In this document: in pieces, positions 36,252 to 45,607 of the stretch
Position numbering within the stretch: the stretch's first letter is position 1
Layout: each line of letters opens with the position of its first letter
Assembly (NCBI GenBank): GCA_026707045.1
Contig: JAPOXO010000031.1
Span: forward strand, 15,654-79,653
Length of the DNA: 64,000 bases
Direction of reading: 5' to 3'
Source of the DNA: Gammaproteobacteria bacterium
GTDB taxonomy: Bacteria; Pseudomonadota; Gammaproteobacteria; Pseudomonadales; Azotimanducaceae
Notes under the pieces: model-generated
Told to the model about the DNA's origin: nothing
Database searches by the model: none
The model's input: only the letters and a program-made list of their open reading frames with translations
Position numbers and translations under genes: made by a program

Positions 36252-37757
36252 TTGGACAATTCTGCACAGGTTCTACCGCCATATCTGTCGAAATCTCGAT
36301 TCATGTCCGGTATGCAGTGTGACTTGCGACTGTGGTACGAAGTCTTTGATCGAGACCTTCTACCGGACCCCGACTCGATTACTCGATTCAGATTCGACAC
36401 GGGAACTGAAGTGGGAGAACTTGCACAGAAACGCTATCGTGGGGGACGACTGATAGGTCACGACCACGAACATTTTCCTGATGCCCACAGAGACACAATA
36501 GAGCTCCTTCCCGATACTTCCATTCCTGCTCTTTTCGAGCCCGCGTTCCAATACCGACGGGTTCGGTGTCGTGTTGACATACTTCAGCGGCTGTCTGGAG
36601 GAGGCTGGCGAATCAATGAGGTCAAATCGGCCACAAGAGTGAAGGGAGAGTACATCGATGACGTTGCCCTTCAGTTTTGGGTGCTCAGGGGAAGCAATAT
36701 CGATGTTCGCGATGCTTGCGTGTTGACAATTAATTCGGACTATGTACGCGGCAAAAGACTAAACGTGCTAGAACTCTTCAAAGAACATCCTGTTTGGGAG
36801 GAAGTTCAAGAGCGAGTTCAGACCATCGGCGAAGACGTTGCATACATGAAGCATCTGCTCTCTGAATCAAGTCATCCGGATATTCGCATGGGGGATCATT
36901 GCACGAATCCCTACAAGTGTCCGTTCTATGATCATTGCTTCAGCAAGATGCCAGAACTCGACCACCCTGTCACCGAGTTCTATCGAATTTACAAGACTCA
37001 AGTCCAGGAGCTCATGGATCAAGGAATCGTAGAAATTCGAGATGTTCCAGAGGATTTTGAACTCAGCGAGATCAACAGAGTTGTTCGAAAGAGTATTGTT
37101 AGAGACGGGCCTCAGTTAAGAAACCAAGACGAATTGATGTATCGAATACATGGTTTAACGACACCAGTTCATCACTTAGATTTCGAGACATTCAACCCTG
37201 CAGTGCCGCAATTTGAGGGGACGAGCCCCTACCAAGCAATTCCATTCATGTTTTCGGTACATACTGAATCTAGGAGGGGTTCGCTCTACCACACTGACTA
37301 TTTGCACGAAGAACCTACAGATCCTCGACGGTGTGTCGCGGAACATTTAATTGATAGTGTTGGCGAACGCGGTTCGATTTGCGTGTACACGAGCTTCGAG
37401 AAGACGCAAATCGGCAATCTAGCTAAGGAATTTCCAGACCTCGAACCGGATTTAACAAGGATTTTGTATCGACTCGTAGATCTCCATCCATTCGTTCGAG
37501 ACCATTACTATCACCCCGATTTTCGCGGATCGTTTTCGCTGAAGAATGTCTATCCAGTGTTGGGTGAGTCAGATTATTCAGACCTGGCGATCGACGAAGG
37601 TGGATTGGCGTCTATCGTCTATATGCATGCATTGAGAACGGACGACACTGGCGAACGACAATTGTTCTTTCAAAATCTCCAAGAATATTGCAAGCGAGAC
37701 ACATTGGCAACCCACGAAATTCTGGAGAGCTTAAGAGAGCTTGTTGGATTGCGCTAA
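36252..37757 (+). CDS. DUF2779-type Cas4/RecB-like PD-(D/E)xK nuclease with Fe-S cysteine cluster
   Basis: N-terminal LSKSRFMSGMQCDLRLWY, a nuclease core VDIL...INEVKSATRVK and the cysteine cluster HCTNPYKCPFYDHC. Confidence 0.75.
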   Translation: MDNSAQVLPPYLSKSRFMSGMQCDLRLWYEVFDRDLLPDPDSITRFRFDTGTEVGELAQKRYRGGRLIGHDHEHFPDAHRDTIELLPDTSIPALFEPAFQYRRVRCRVDILQRLSGGGWRINEVKSATRVKGEYIDDVALQFWVLRGSNIDVRDACVLTINSDYVRGKRLNVLELFKEHPVWEEVQERVQTIGEDVAYMKHLLSESSHPDIRMGDHCTNPYKCPFYDHCFSKMPELDHPVTEFYRIYKTQVQELMDQGIVEIRDVPEDFELSEINRVVRKSIVRDGPQLRNQDELMYRIHGLTTPVHHLDFETFNPAVPQFEGTSPYQAIPFMFSVHTESRRGSLYHTDYLHEEPTDPRRCVAEHLIDSVGERGSICVYTSFEKTQIGNLAKEFPDLEPDLTRILYRLVDLHPFVRDHYYHPDFRGSFSLKNVYPVLGESDYSDLAIDEGGLASIVYMHALRTDDTGERQLFFQNLQEYCKRDTLATHEILESLRELVGLR

Positions 37758-37930
37758 AGAACCAGGCCTTCAAGGAATCGAATGGGCTTGCTCTGAGTGA
37801 TAGAAAACACCTCTGGAATGATTTGCTTACTCGAAACGACAATATCCACAATCGTCTCCAAGAATGAAGATGCCTGATTGTGACTTGGTTGGTTCGACAT
37901 CGAACTTGCAAGGCAGGATGCATCGATAGA

Positions 37931-38283
37931 TCAGGATCTCAGGAGATTACGTAAATTGCATAAAAGTTCCGGAATCTCAGTTGTAATGACGTCCCAGATG
38001 ATGTCGTCGTCGAGGAAGAGATATGCGTGAGCCAATCGATTTCGTATTCCGATAACCTCTTTCCAGGTAATCGACCGGTGTGCATCCCGCACATCAGTCG
38101 GAATATGCGATGCTGCTTCTCCGATGAGCTCGAGGTTTCGAAGTGTAGCGTCGTAGATGAGTGAATTTGTCGTGAATTCTTCAAAGTCGATTTTTCCGTG
38201 TACGACAGAATTTTTTCCGAGAATTCAATCATGTCACGGGCATAACAACGCCATTCGCGTTGTGCGGAGCCCTGTTCAGACAC
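37931..38283 (-). pseudogene. hepT: HepT (DUF86) RNase toxin, frameshifted
   Basis: The N-terminal part (ARDMIEFSEKILSYTEK) is in one frame. The conserved core (IDFEEFTTNSLIYDATLRNLELIGEAASHIP...ITWKEVIGIRNRLAHAY...) is in the -1 frame with no start of its own. The switch maps to an A5 run (T5 on the plus strand, 38191-38195). Confidence 0.7.
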
Positions 38284-38581
38284 GTATGAGATCCTTGTCT
38301 ACGTAAGGACGAAATTCTTCCCGCAATGCTTTGTCCGTTACCAAATCTACCTGAAGTCCGAGCAGATCTTCAATATAGAACTGTGTACCAAAATATCCTT
38401 TGAATGTCGAGCGGCCTTCGAATTTGACTAGGACATCCAGGTCACTCTCATGTGTGGCTTCGTCACGCGCAAATGATCCAAAAATTGCTAAGTATGCGAC
38501 ACCGTAACGATCCGTTAGGACCTTTTTGTGGGATCGAAGAGCATCGAGAACTTCATCACGAGTCAACGTACTACCTTGCAT
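38276..38581 (-). CDS. mntA: MntA-type minimal nucleotidyltransferase antitoxin
   Basis: 101 aa with the motif GSFARDEATHESDLDVLV. Its stop overlaps the hepT start (GTGTCTGA). Confidence 0.85.
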   Translation of the reverse strand: MQGSTLTRDEVLDALRSHKKVLTDRYGVAYLAIFGSFARDEATHESDLDVLVKFEGRSTFKGYFGTQFYIEDLLGLQVDLVTDKALREEFRPYVDKDLIRV

Positions 38582-38809
38582 GGGTATCTAGAGTTGTTTG
38601 TTGCCATATCTTACATCCAAGAGGCCTAGGCGGTCTATGACTATGTCTTGTACCGAATTCGCTACTCTTTGGATTCAAACTTGCCTTCTGCATTTCATAG
38701 CGTTGGTTGGAATTCTTTCAGTGGTTTCGATGTTCAGAGCGGGGACAGAAGCTTGCTCAAAGCCCAAGCAGCAGCCACGCAACGGCTGAACAATATAAAT
38801 CGACAGAAT

Positions 38810-39247
38810 TTAGCTTGACTTAGGTTCGAGATTGCCAGACTCCGGTGGGCGTGGCAATAGATTGAGAATTTCTACGTTCACCCGATGAGTCAGGAACCTG
38901 AAGAAAATTAACTGAAAAAACAAAAATAACAACAGAATAATGAAGTGCAAAAAGTGAAAGAGAGTCAGCTCTCCCCCAAAATCTATCATCAAGAAAACGC
39001 TTGTCCACACAAGAACGAATAGCGTGACAATTGCAATCACAGCTTGTCGACGCATTTTGATGACCCGACGATCTGCTACAAGTGATTTCTGTGATATCAC
39101 ATAGCCTTCAGGTAATCTACGCGGCAGAAGAGTCGGCAAGTAGGCCGCGACAAACAAACCCACGGCTCCCACTATCGCCAGCAATACATACATTTGTGTA
39201 GGAGCCAAGTCGTAATGCATGTGTGCGGGAACAAAGTCGTATTGCAT
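38810..39247 (-). CDS. three-TM membrane protein (hypothetical)
   Basis: 145 aa. The start lies 3 nt after the stop of the upstream 200-aa ORF (TAATCCATG). The N-terminus has the duplicated motif YDFVPAHM / YDLAPTQM. Confidence 0.55.
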   Translation of the reverse strand: MQYDFVPAHMHYDLAPTQMYVLLAIVGAVGLFVAAYLPTLLPRRLPEGYVISQKSLVADRRVIKMRRQAVIAIVTLFVLVWTSVFLMIDFGGELTLFHFLHFIILLLFLFFQLIFFRFLTHRVNVEILNLLPRPPESGNLEPKSS

Positions 39248-39250
39248 GGA

Positions 39251-39853
39251 TTACTGTTGTGTCTCCGATGCCTGACCGAACTTCTGCTCAAACAGTGCGA
39301 GGCTCGCGCCAAGTTCTCTTTTCACTACTCTTCGTAGCGACCGGCGCATTACTGTTAAGCAGTCGATCAGTTCGTATTGCCAGTCCAAAAACACTGGATT
39401 GAATCGTGTGGAGTATGCCATCCGTCCGTCGTCTATGACCTTTATGCGAGCATCACTGGGTGTGCTGGTCCCGGATTCTGCAGTTCTGAGGTCGATTCGT
39501 CTTTCTTCTGCGAACTTCCCAATCAAAGAATCTGGAACGGGACAATTGAACACACATCGCATTGTGAATTCCGGATGTTCTTGAAGCTTCTTCTCGATAG
39601 CTCCCAGAACCTCGTCGTCCCAGTAGTAGCTGTCGTTAACAGCGTCACCGTCATCGTAAATTACCATCTTGTCTTCAGCTTGGCCGAGCAATAGTAGAAA
39701 GTAGTGCTTTGCGATATCGGTGTTATTCAACCCAATGACCTTTCGTGTTCCCATTGTCCCCAAACTAACTCTGAACATGGTGACAGCGGCCGCCACCATG
39801 AGAATAATCATGATGCAATCCACAACAACGCTGAACACGGGGCTGACGTCCAT
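39251..39853 (-). CDS. N-terminally membrane-anchored protein (hypothetical)
   Basis: 200 aa with one TM helix followed by a soluble domain. No secure motif found. Confidence 0.55.
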   Translation of the reverse strand: MDVSPVFSVVVDCIMIILMVAAAVTMFRVSLGTMGTRKVIGLNNTDIAKHYFLLLLGQAEDKMVIYDDGDAVNDSYYWDDEVLGAIEKKLQEHPEFTMRCVFNCPVPDSLIGKFAEERRIDLRTAESGTSTPSDARIKVIDDGRMAYSTRFNPVFLDWQYELIDCLTVMRRSLRRVVKRELGASLALFEQKFGQASETQQ

Positions 39854-39888
39854 GTTTATCTACAGTTAATGGTCACAGAAATCGAACT

Positions 39889-40590
39889 TTGGGATTTTAT
39901 AGCTTACTTGTGAATGTAGACGAAAGTGAAGCAGATGTGCACATTTTTGCCCCTTCCACATGCCTATATTCTCGCCTAAGTCTTGGAATTACAGGGAACG
40001 CGCTAAACTTGATTAGTTTTCATAAACTTGGTGAATCGACATGTTGTTCACTTCTCGACTTTGTGTTTCGACTCCTTCGACCTTGCTTTTCTCCAACCAA
40101 TCAACGTTCCCTTTATGAAAAGCAACGTGGCGTATGCAACGGTTGTCGAGTATTACTCAAACTGCGTCATTTAGCCATTGATCACATCGTTGCGAGAAAC
40201 CAAGGAGGAACCCACAAATTGAGCAATTTGCAATTGCTTTGTGCTTCCTGCAACTCGGTAAAGGGGAACCGTTCTCAATCCTATTTGACACAGAGGCTCC
40301 AAATTCGAAATTGGATAAGTAGAAGCCCTAACGTTTCAAAGGTAAGTGCTTTGGTTTGGACTGGGTCGCGATGGGTGGACGTGTTTGAGCTGATTCTCTT
40401 CATCGATGATCCCGAATCATGTTTTTCAGGTTCTGTAGAGGGCCCAAAAACCCGTCTCTTTACTAGCGATCATGACTTCCATCGGGCATGGAAGAACATG
40501 CGCGCAGGATTGCGCGGATTGCTTGACCTGCTCGAGTCTAGAGAGGAAGATCGGCGTAAATTAGAGGATGACCGAAGTTGGTCCTTGTAA
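39889..40590 (+). CDS. HNH endonuclease with uncharacterised C-terminal extension
   Basis: HNH core CNGCRVLLKLRHLAIDHIVARNQGGTHKLSNLQLLCASCNSVKGN. The true start is more likely the in-frame TTG at 40009 or GTG at 40063. About 110 aa follow the HNH domain. Confidence 0.8.
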   Translation: MGFYSLLVNVDESEADVHIFAPSTCLYSRLSLGITGNALNLISFHKLGESTCCSLLDFVFRLLRPCFSPTNQRSLYEKQRGVCNGCRVLLKLRHLAIDHIVARNQGGTHKLSNLQLLCASCNSVKGNRSQSYLTQRLQIRNWISRSPNVSKVSALVWTGSRWVDVFELILFIDDPESCFSGSVEGPKTRLFTSDHDFHRAWKNMRAGLRGLLDLLESREEDRRKLEDDRSWSL

Positions 40591-40892
40591 AAACAGGCTA
40601 AAGAAAGAAGTTCAGTCTACGGGGTTCAATATCACTCTAGTGACAAGTGGCCAACATAGGGTCTTATAGCTCCTCCCTCCAAACGGAATCGCAAAGCGTA
40701 GCAAATCACAACGCAGGATGAAATTTCCAAAGAAGATTGCGATTAGTTTGTTCGAATCGACCAGTAAGGTTGCTAAAGATGAAAGCAGTTGTCTGGATAT
40801 GTGTGAGCGGGCTAACTTTGGATTGCGCTTTTCAGTCTAACTAAACGCTACCGCAGACATTCGCCTGCATGCTGTTCAGTTCTAATCGCTTT

Positions 40893-41114
40893 TTAGCTAG
40901 GAAGATGGGTATGTGGCTTCTCAGCAACGACATTCCACTGTTCTTGAACTTCGCGTTTGTGCAAGAGACTGGCTGCCTTGACATGTTCCATCCCAATGAT
41001 CAATCCTCTCAATCGAGGATCGAACTCTTCTGGAGGAAGCGTAATTGTCATTTCATCACAGTCGTTGAAATACGGATTTTCGAGCTCGTTAGAGAATCGG
41101 TATCGAATATTCAC
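40893..41114 (-). CDS. small hypothetical protein (73 aa)
   Basis: GTG start preceded by a strong Shine-Dalgarno sequence (AAGGAG, 9-nt spacing). Confidence 0.4.
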   Translation of the reverse strand: MNIRYRFSNELENPYFNDCDEMTITLPPEEFDPRLRGLIIGMEHVKAASLLHKREVQEQWNVVAEKPHTHLPS

Positions 41115-41345
41115 AGTTGCTAACTCCTTAATATCGAACCAAACTTCGTGCCTGTCTTGAGATGTTAATCACGAATCACGACTCAAAGCACTTAATATTT
41201 GGGACACGCACCGCAAACGAAGGTTCCAATGGCTATGACTCTTCAAGCACTTGGACCATGAAATCAAACATTGAAACGTTGCGGACCAATCTGCAAAAAG
41301 ACCCAGGTTAATTGGCGAAATTCGCGCAAATTTAGGTCCAAGTAA

Positions 41346-42548
41346 ATGCCGAACCAAAACTCACGAGGCGACTCTCTACCCATGAGAACAACCGATGTTC
41401 CATTGCCTAGAATCTTGCTTCTGGCCACCATTTTCCTGCTATCTCTTCCGACATTTGCCTCATTGTTTGAAGATTGTCGTAAAGAAGGCCATTTTGGTCC
41501 GTCCGAAGCCATCGAGGTCACGTGTGACAACTCAAACTTAGCAGACACGCTTCCAATGTGTAGGAAACTGGTGGCTGACATCGAAAGCCAGCCAGAACCC
41601 CTCACAGCTCAACAGCGATACGACCTGATATACGCCCTGTTTCAAATGCGATTTGTGGTCCATGATCCAGAGATAGCGGAAGTATGGGATAGCAAGTTGC
41701 AAAGCACGACTCGGAAACTGCTTGAGGAATATCCCCACGACGTTTCGATCAATGTGCTTGCCGTAGCAAGCGAATTTAGGCGAAGCGACGACGAGAGCTT
41801 CTTGGAGACCGCTCGGTATTTGGTTCATCTTGCGCCTTACTGCAACTCCAATACTTTTTTGCTCTCTTCTCATTTGGAGCGCCTAATCACTAGGAACGAA
41901 GACCGGTCCGCTGAAGAAATCGCTGTATTGGTCGACGAGCGCAACAAGCTCCTTGAGCTCGGCTACCAACATGCAAAGACTAAGGGCGACAAGGTGGAAT
42001 GGGGCGGTAAGCGCTACATGGAATATCTTCGCATAGACGAGGCGGAATTGGCCAGACAATGGCGGAATATGGTGGTGCGAGAAATCAATCCACCTGGTTT
42101 GCTTGTCGATTCGGACAATGTGGAGGACTCGCTACGTCTCATTTGCATCCCGAGAGCACATAGACTTAGGCTCGCCGAGCACTGCCTGCGTACTCTTGAA
42201 CGTGCAATAGAGCATGCGAACTCCAACAATGAGGAAGTCTCCTATTTTGTGCTCATTTTCGCTGAGGAATTGATGTACGGATTTTCCCTGTTTCCGTTTG
42301 AGTGGAGAATGGAACCAATCAGTCCAGAGAGAGGAGTCCCGTCTCCTCTTGCAATAACATGGGAATTCGAAACATACACTCCCAATGACGCAGCCTATAT
42401 TGTCCCTCGACTGCGCGATGTGTTGGAACTAATACCGGAGGAACAGCAGGACGAGAGGTTCTTCGAAGTCTATAGCTTGGTTATTGGTGAGCGCACAAGA
42501 GATCGATGGTTAAAGAAATTTGAAGAGAGAAATGATGGAGACAGCTAG
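41346..42548 (+). CDS. secreted hypothetical protein (400 aa, helical)
   Basis: N-terminal signal-like segment ILLLATIFLLSLPTFASL. No family recognised. Confidence 0.5.
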   Translation: MPNQNSRGDSLPMRTTDVPLPRILLLATIFLLSLPTFASLFEDCRKEGHFGPSEAIEVTCDNSNLADTLPMCRKLVADIESQPEPLTAQQRYDLIYALFQMRFVVHDPEIAEVWDSKLQSTTRKLLEEYPHDVSINVLAVASEFRRSDDESFLETARYLVHLAPYCNSNTFLLSSHLERLITRNEDRSAEEIAVLVDERNKLLELGYQHAKTKGDKVEWGGKRYMEYLRIDEAELARQWRNMVVREINPPGLLVDSDNVEDSLRLICIPRAHRLRLAEHCLRTLERAIEHANSNNEEVSYFVLIFAEELMYGFSLFPFEWRMEPISPERGVPSPLAITWEFETYTPNDAAYIVPRLRDVLELIPEEQQDERFFEVYSLVIGERTRDRWLKKFEERNDGDS

Positions 42549-42695
42549 AAAATGGAAAACTTATCTCAACATATTCACTGTCATTAATGCAAAGGCAATT
42601 CGCTTCTTTCTTCAAGTAGCGTGGGGACGATTAGTCTCAATCAAGAGTACGTGATACAGAGGCGACCTAAGAGGGAGTGCGAAATAGCGGGAAAT

Positions 42696-43901
42696 TCACT
42701 CGTTGCTCTCCGATATTTCCCTGTTAGGATTGGGAATCAAAGGTTCGTTCGAATCCCGTTTGGTCCTCACCTCTTCGATAGCCTTTTCGATGTTTTCCAA
42801 GCGTGCATCGCTGGCATGGTGCTTTTGCGCCGCATCCGATTCTGAGGGTAGACGATCCCAGACTAGCAATGCTTCGTCAAGATCTACGCCGGCCCGTGCG
42901 AGTAAGTATGTCGACACATAGTCGGCCTCCATTTCGTGTCCGGCAGTTGCGACCCAGGATCCGATCTTACTTCCTGCGGCTGCTCCACCTTTGATGAGGG
43001 CGACTGATCCCTCCATCAATCCTTCAGCCGCTTCCGACTCACCGGCAATGCCAGAAAAGATGGTGCCGATGATGGCTACGGGAAGGACAACCGCAGCAGT
43101 TGCGACACCTCCGACAACTCCCCCTGCAATAGACCCGCTTGCGTCCTTCGTGCCGTGTCCCCCGATGAAGTGTCCCAACTGATGCGCAACAAGTGCTTGA
43201 AGTTCCGCATCAGACTGAGTAAAGTCGCAAAGTCCTCTGGATAAATAGATCGTTCCTCCATCGGATGCCAAAAACTTGCCGGCATCTTCTGTGACTATAA
43301 CACGAACATTGCAGCGCTTCTGAGGCTGAAGCGTGGCAACAATGTCCACTCCTCCTCGTCGATAAGTTAGCCGGACTGGATTACCCTCTTCATTTGCCAG
43401 TGCAAGGATCTCGGTCAAATATCGACGGTATGGGCGAACTCCCATGACGTGGGATTGCAGCCTCGTTTGCAAGGGGTCTTCCTTGATGGATACGTCATTG
43501 ACAGCAAGGAGCAAGTCGTTCCGACGCAATCCCGCCCTATCAGCGGCAGATCCCTTTTCGACGTAGAGAATAGACGGAATCTCTCCTACATTCACAGCGG
43601 GTCCGACATCTTTACGGACTTCGATTGGGAGATCATTAATGGTGAGCCATTCGAGTCCTAGACTGTAAACGGTTCTCTCTTTGCAAAGTTCCGCGTTCAT
43701 AACAAGAATGGGAGAAGCCAGAGTTGCGACGTGTCCCTGCATGGAGCTTGAATCTTCAAAAAAGGCTACAGAATCCTGTACTTGCTGTGGAGTAAGAGGT
43801 GTGGGAGGCATCCAAGTATTACTCATCATGCAACCACTAAGGGCGGCAAACGAGGAAATGCATATACCTAACTGAAGGAAACTCGACATTCTTGAAACCA
43901 A
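42696..43901 (-). CDS. PDZ-domain M48-like lipoprotein with HQxxH (predicted catalytically inactive paralogue)
   Basis: Lipobox ALSGC, PDZ block GSAADRAGLRRNDLLLAVNDVSI and zinc-site AHQLGHFIGGH (Q codon CAG at 43179-43181). A Gly-zipper hydrophobic insert and the third-ligand region GHEMEADYVSTYLLARAG are also present. Confidence 0.75.
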   Translation of the reverse strand: MVSRMSSFLQLGICISSFAALSGCMMSNTWMPPTPLTPQQVQDSVAFFEDSSSMQGHVATLASPILVMNAELCKERTVYSLGLEWLTINDLPIEVRKDVGPAVNVGEIPSILYVEKGSAADRAGLRRNDLLLAVNDVSIKEDPLQTRLQSHVMGVRPYRRYLTEILALANEEGNPVRLTYRRGGVDIVATLQPQKRCNVRVIVTEDAGKFLASDGGTIYLSRGLCDFTQSDAELQALVAHQLGHFIGGHGTKDASGSIAGGVVGGVATAAVVLPVAIIGTIFSGIAGESEAAEGLMEGSVALIKGGAAAGSKIGSWVATAGHEMEADYVSTYLLARAGVDLDEALLVWDRLPSESDAAQKHHASDARLENIEKAIEEVRTKRDSNEPLIPNPNREISESNE

Positions 43902-44051
43902 ATCATAGATTTCTGATAGTGAAAATTGTATCGGTTTTTAAAGTAATCGAATGAGCGTGTTAAGGACCCGATCAGCCCCGAGAATACATCCCTTTCAACT
44001 TTAACAGGTGCTTCTAATGTCGAACCATAAACTCCCAACGAAGCATTCTGC

Positions 44052-45251
44052 TCAATTTTGGCGCTTGCTCTTCGAAACTTTCCTGTTGGAATTGGGGATC
44101 AAACGTTCGTTCGAATCGCGTTTGGCACTGACCTCTTCAATTGAGTTATTGATGTTTTGCAGACGCTCATTGCTTGTACGGTGTTTTTTGGCAATTTCCG
44201 ATTCTGTGGGCAGGCGATTCCAGACTAGCAACGCGTCTTCTATATCGACTCCGGCGCGAGCAAGCAGATAAGTGGATAGGTAATCTGCTTCCTTTTCCTG
44301 TCCGGAAGTCGAGATCCATGATCCGATACCGATTCCAGCGGCTACACCACCTGTTAGAAGCACTGCCGAGGCTTTCGTAATCTCTCCCCCTGTATCGGGT
44401 TCGCCTTCAAAGATCGAATTGACAGTATCCGCAATGGCTATGGTCGAGATTGCGCCAAGAGCCACTAGGCCGCCTACGACTCCTCCAACAACGCTTCCCG
44501 TCGCGCTTTTCGTTCCGTGGCCGGCAATGAAGTGTCCCAATTCATGCGCGATAAGAGCTTGAAGCTCTTCATCCGACTGAGCAAACTCGTAGAGTCCTCT
44601 GGACAGGTAGATGGTGCCTCCCCTTGAATACAACGCCAAGCCGGTATCTTCTACAACACTAACTTGCACGTTGCAGCGTTCTTGAGGTCGAAACTCCACA
44701 ACATCGTTTATTCCTTCCCGTCGAAGACTGAGTCGTACAGGGGTACGCTCCCGATTGGTCCGAGCAATAATCTCAGTCAAATACCTACGATATGGGCGAA
44801 CTTTCCTCCCGTTCGAATCTTGCCCAGTCTGCAAGGGATCTGACTTGATCGAAACATCATTCACGGCTAGAAGTAAGTCGCCCCGGCGCAATCCCGCCTT
44901 TTCGGCGGCCGATCCTGTTTCCACGTAAAGAATCGAGGGAATCTCTCCCAAGCCCAGAGCGGGACCAACATCTCTCCGATGCTCGATGGGTAGATCATTG
45001 ATGGTTACCCAGCCAATTCCAAGACTGTATACGGTTCTCTCTTCACAAAGATCTTCATTCGCAATCAGAATGGGTGAAGCCAGTGACGCTGCATGTTTCT
45101 GCGCAAATCTCGAATCTTCAAACGACCGAACCGATTCCTGCAACTGTTGCGGAGTCAGAGCTACAGGTGGCAGAAGGTCGCTGTTCATGACACACCCGGT
45201 CAGAATCGCCAACGACAACAAGCAGAGTCCAGGTGGCAGGTAATTCGACAT
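44052..45251 (-). CDS. PDZ-domain M48-family zinc metallopeptidase lipoprotein
   Basis: Lipobox ILTGC, a PDZ block, intact AHELGHFIAGH (44532-44546) and GQEKEADYLSTYLLARAG. It is a tandem paralogue of 42696-43901. Confidence 0.8.
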   Translation of the reverse strand: MSNYLPPGLCLLSLAILTGCVMNSDLLPPVALTPQQLQESVRSFEDSRFAQKHAASLASPILIANEDLCEERTVYSLGIGWVTINDLPIEHRRDVGPALGLGEIPSILYVETGSAAEKAGLRRGDLLLAVNDVSIKSDPLQTGQDSNGRKVRPYRRYLTEIIARTNRERTPVRLSLRREGINDVVEFRPQERCNVQVSVVEDTGLALYSRGGTIYLSRGLYEFAQSDEELQALIAHELGHFIAGHGTKSATGSVVGGVVGGLVALGAISTIAIADTVNSIFEGEPDTGGEITKASAVLLTGGVAAGIGIGSWISTSGQEKEADYLSTYLLARAGVDIEDALLVWNRLPTESEIAKKHRTSNERLQNINNSIEEVSAKRDSNERLIPNSNRKVSKSKRQN

Positions 45252-45607
45252 CCCTTCGAGGAGCTATTGAAAGTCGTGTTCATGGTACTGAATACTCTGG
45301 CAAGACTAAACAGGGATCATCGGTTTCGAGGGTCCTTCACAGCGGGAAGTGGTGGGTAGCAATTTCGGCTTTGGAGTGCACTTTCAACGACCTGTAAATG
45401 ACGTATGTCAGAGAGATCTTGATGAGGAACAAAAGACCACGCGTACGCTGAGGATCTGACATTGCAATTGGGGCTCGATAGACTGAAGCCAGGCCAAGAG
45501 TTAAGGCAATCGAAGCATTTGTACTTATGCTGAAAACCGAAGACCGTGTATAGAATTTATTGCCGAGATGGGCATCCACTCACAGTCGCATCGCGTGAGA
45601 TTGAGTC

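Noticed and set aside
39251-39853. Possible degenerate PLD/HKD motif (ARIKVIDDGRMAYST) in the 200-aa anchored protein
   Set aside because: It is a single motif with Arg where the catalytic His should be, and there is no second HKD copy. The resemblance may be chance, so I did not use it for the call.
42740-42775. tRNA T-arm-like string GGTTCGTTCGAATCC (also present around 44100-44125)
   Set aside because: It is not the contiguous GGTTCGAATCC motif, and no acceptor or anticodon arms can be folded around it. Both copies are homologous coding sequence at the C-termini of the two M48 paralogues.
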